The translations under genes and the position numbers were made by a program. Shown here piece by piece: positions 62,715-64,000 of a stretch of DNA of 64,000 nucleotides. The DNA is from Squalus acanthias. Taxonomy: Eukaryota. The stretch covers positions 29,762,001 through 29,826,000 of the forward strand of contig CM059433.1 of the NCBI GenBank assembly GCA_030390025.1. Reading direction: 5' to 3'. Below the pieces are notes generated by a model. That model had not been told where the DNA came from and ran no database searches. It saw nothing but the letters and a program-made list of their open reading frames with translations. The stretch's first letter is position 1; each line of letters begins with the position of its first letter.

Positions 62715-63364
62715 AATGAATTTCAGTGGTCTTTTTAGAAACTCTTTCTAATACCTGTCTTTGTGAGGTTATGAATGCTCAAAGCACAGTTGAATGATTG
62801 CAGGATTTCTCAATACATTGCACCACTCTGTACTCATCACTACTTTTTCATAGAGCTTCAAAAACAGAGGAAATCCAACTCCTAAGGCAAATCAGACAAA
62901 TAGGAAATAGGTATTCATAATATATGATGATTACATTGTTGCTTAGGGACTTTCCATTTGCAAAAGAACAGCCAAAACTGTCAGAGATAAAGACATTAAA
63001 AAAATGAGCGATCGTGTAACTATCTGAGGCTAAGGAATTTAGACAGTCAGAGCAGAAATAACCGGAGACAACGGGAGGTACAAAAAGAATTGAGAAAGAA
63101 TACAGACTTGGGAGCAATTGAGAACTTTAAAGTAAAATGCTTCAATAAAACAGGCAGAACTTCAGAGAGAAAAAACAGGGTGAAGTGTAGCTCATTCCTC
63201 CTTAACATAGTCTTATGAAATGAAGAAACAAACTAGAATGGAATGTTTTTCATTCTGGTGCTGGGGAGAGTTTGAAAATGGAGCCTTTTTCCACGGATTT
63301 GAACCAGCTATTGAACCAAATATCAATTATTCAATATGGCATGGGCAAGATGGTTAGAATATGG

Positions 63365-63770
63365 CTCTTCCCTCTAGAGAGAATATTGAGGGGTGACCTA
63401 ATAGAGCTCTTTAAAATTATGAAAGGGTTTGATAGGGTAGACGTAGAGAAGATGTTTCCACTTGTGGGGGAGAGCAAAACTAGGGGCCATAAATATAAGA
63501 TAGTCACTAATAAATCCAATAAGGAATTCAGGAGAAACTTCTTTACCCAGAGAGTGGTGAGAATGTGGAACTCGCTACCACATGGTGTAGTTGAGGCGAA
63601 TAGCATAGATGCATTTAAGGGGAAGCTAGATAAACACATGATTGAGAAAGGAATAGAACTGATAGTGTTAGATGAAGAGGGTGGGAGGAGGCTCATGTGG
63701 AGCATAAACGCCAGTATAGACCAGTTGGGCCGAATGGCCTGTGTCTGTGCTGTAGACTCGATGTAATATG
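63365..63770 (+). mobile_element. CR1 3' end
   Basis: LRGDLIELFKIMKGFD..FFTQRVVRMWNSLP. Confidence 0.9.
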
Positions 63771-64000
63771 TAAGGTGCAGAGTAAGATGCCCCCTCTATT
63801 CTGCTTTGACAGTGTGACATCATTCTAGCTTCAACAAACAATCTTGCCTGCCCCGGCATGACTTTTTCCATTTCTCACACCAGCCACTGAATGGCCTCTC
63901 TGAGTGAGCTAGCCAATCTTGGTGCCAATTTGGTAGGTTTGTACTGTGGACCCAAGTCCACTAGGAACTGGCTTGCGAGTGCCCAAACTCATTTCATGTA

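Overview
This is eukaryotic, repeat-saturated DNA. The repeat families point to a cartilaginous fish (shark-like), which is an inference from family recognition and not a database result. No complete host gene is identifiable; there are only scattered short candidate exons. Most of the window is nested transposable elements: CR1 and L2 LINE fragments, many SacSINE1-like DeuSINEs, an internally deleted Vingi and an internally deleted RTE, two solo LTRs, Penelope-like elements (GIY-YIG plus minimal hammerhead ribozymes), hAT-type MITEs, and several PIF/Harbinger derivatives and MITEs. Highlights: (1) Harbinger derivatives that keep the Myb/SANT gene but have the transposase reduced to an N-/C-terminal fusion; in one, an open Penelope GIY-YIG ORF sits inside the transposase remnant. 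(2) A four-level nest containing a ~1.74-kb near-perfect inverted repeat. (3) A 179-bp inverted templated copy of a unique insertion junction 7.5 kb away. (4) Palindromic mini-Penelopes with hammerheads on both strands and stem covariation. (5) A pre-tRNA-Asn/CR1 chimera. All coordinates and identities were read by eye; the ends of old elements are approximate.
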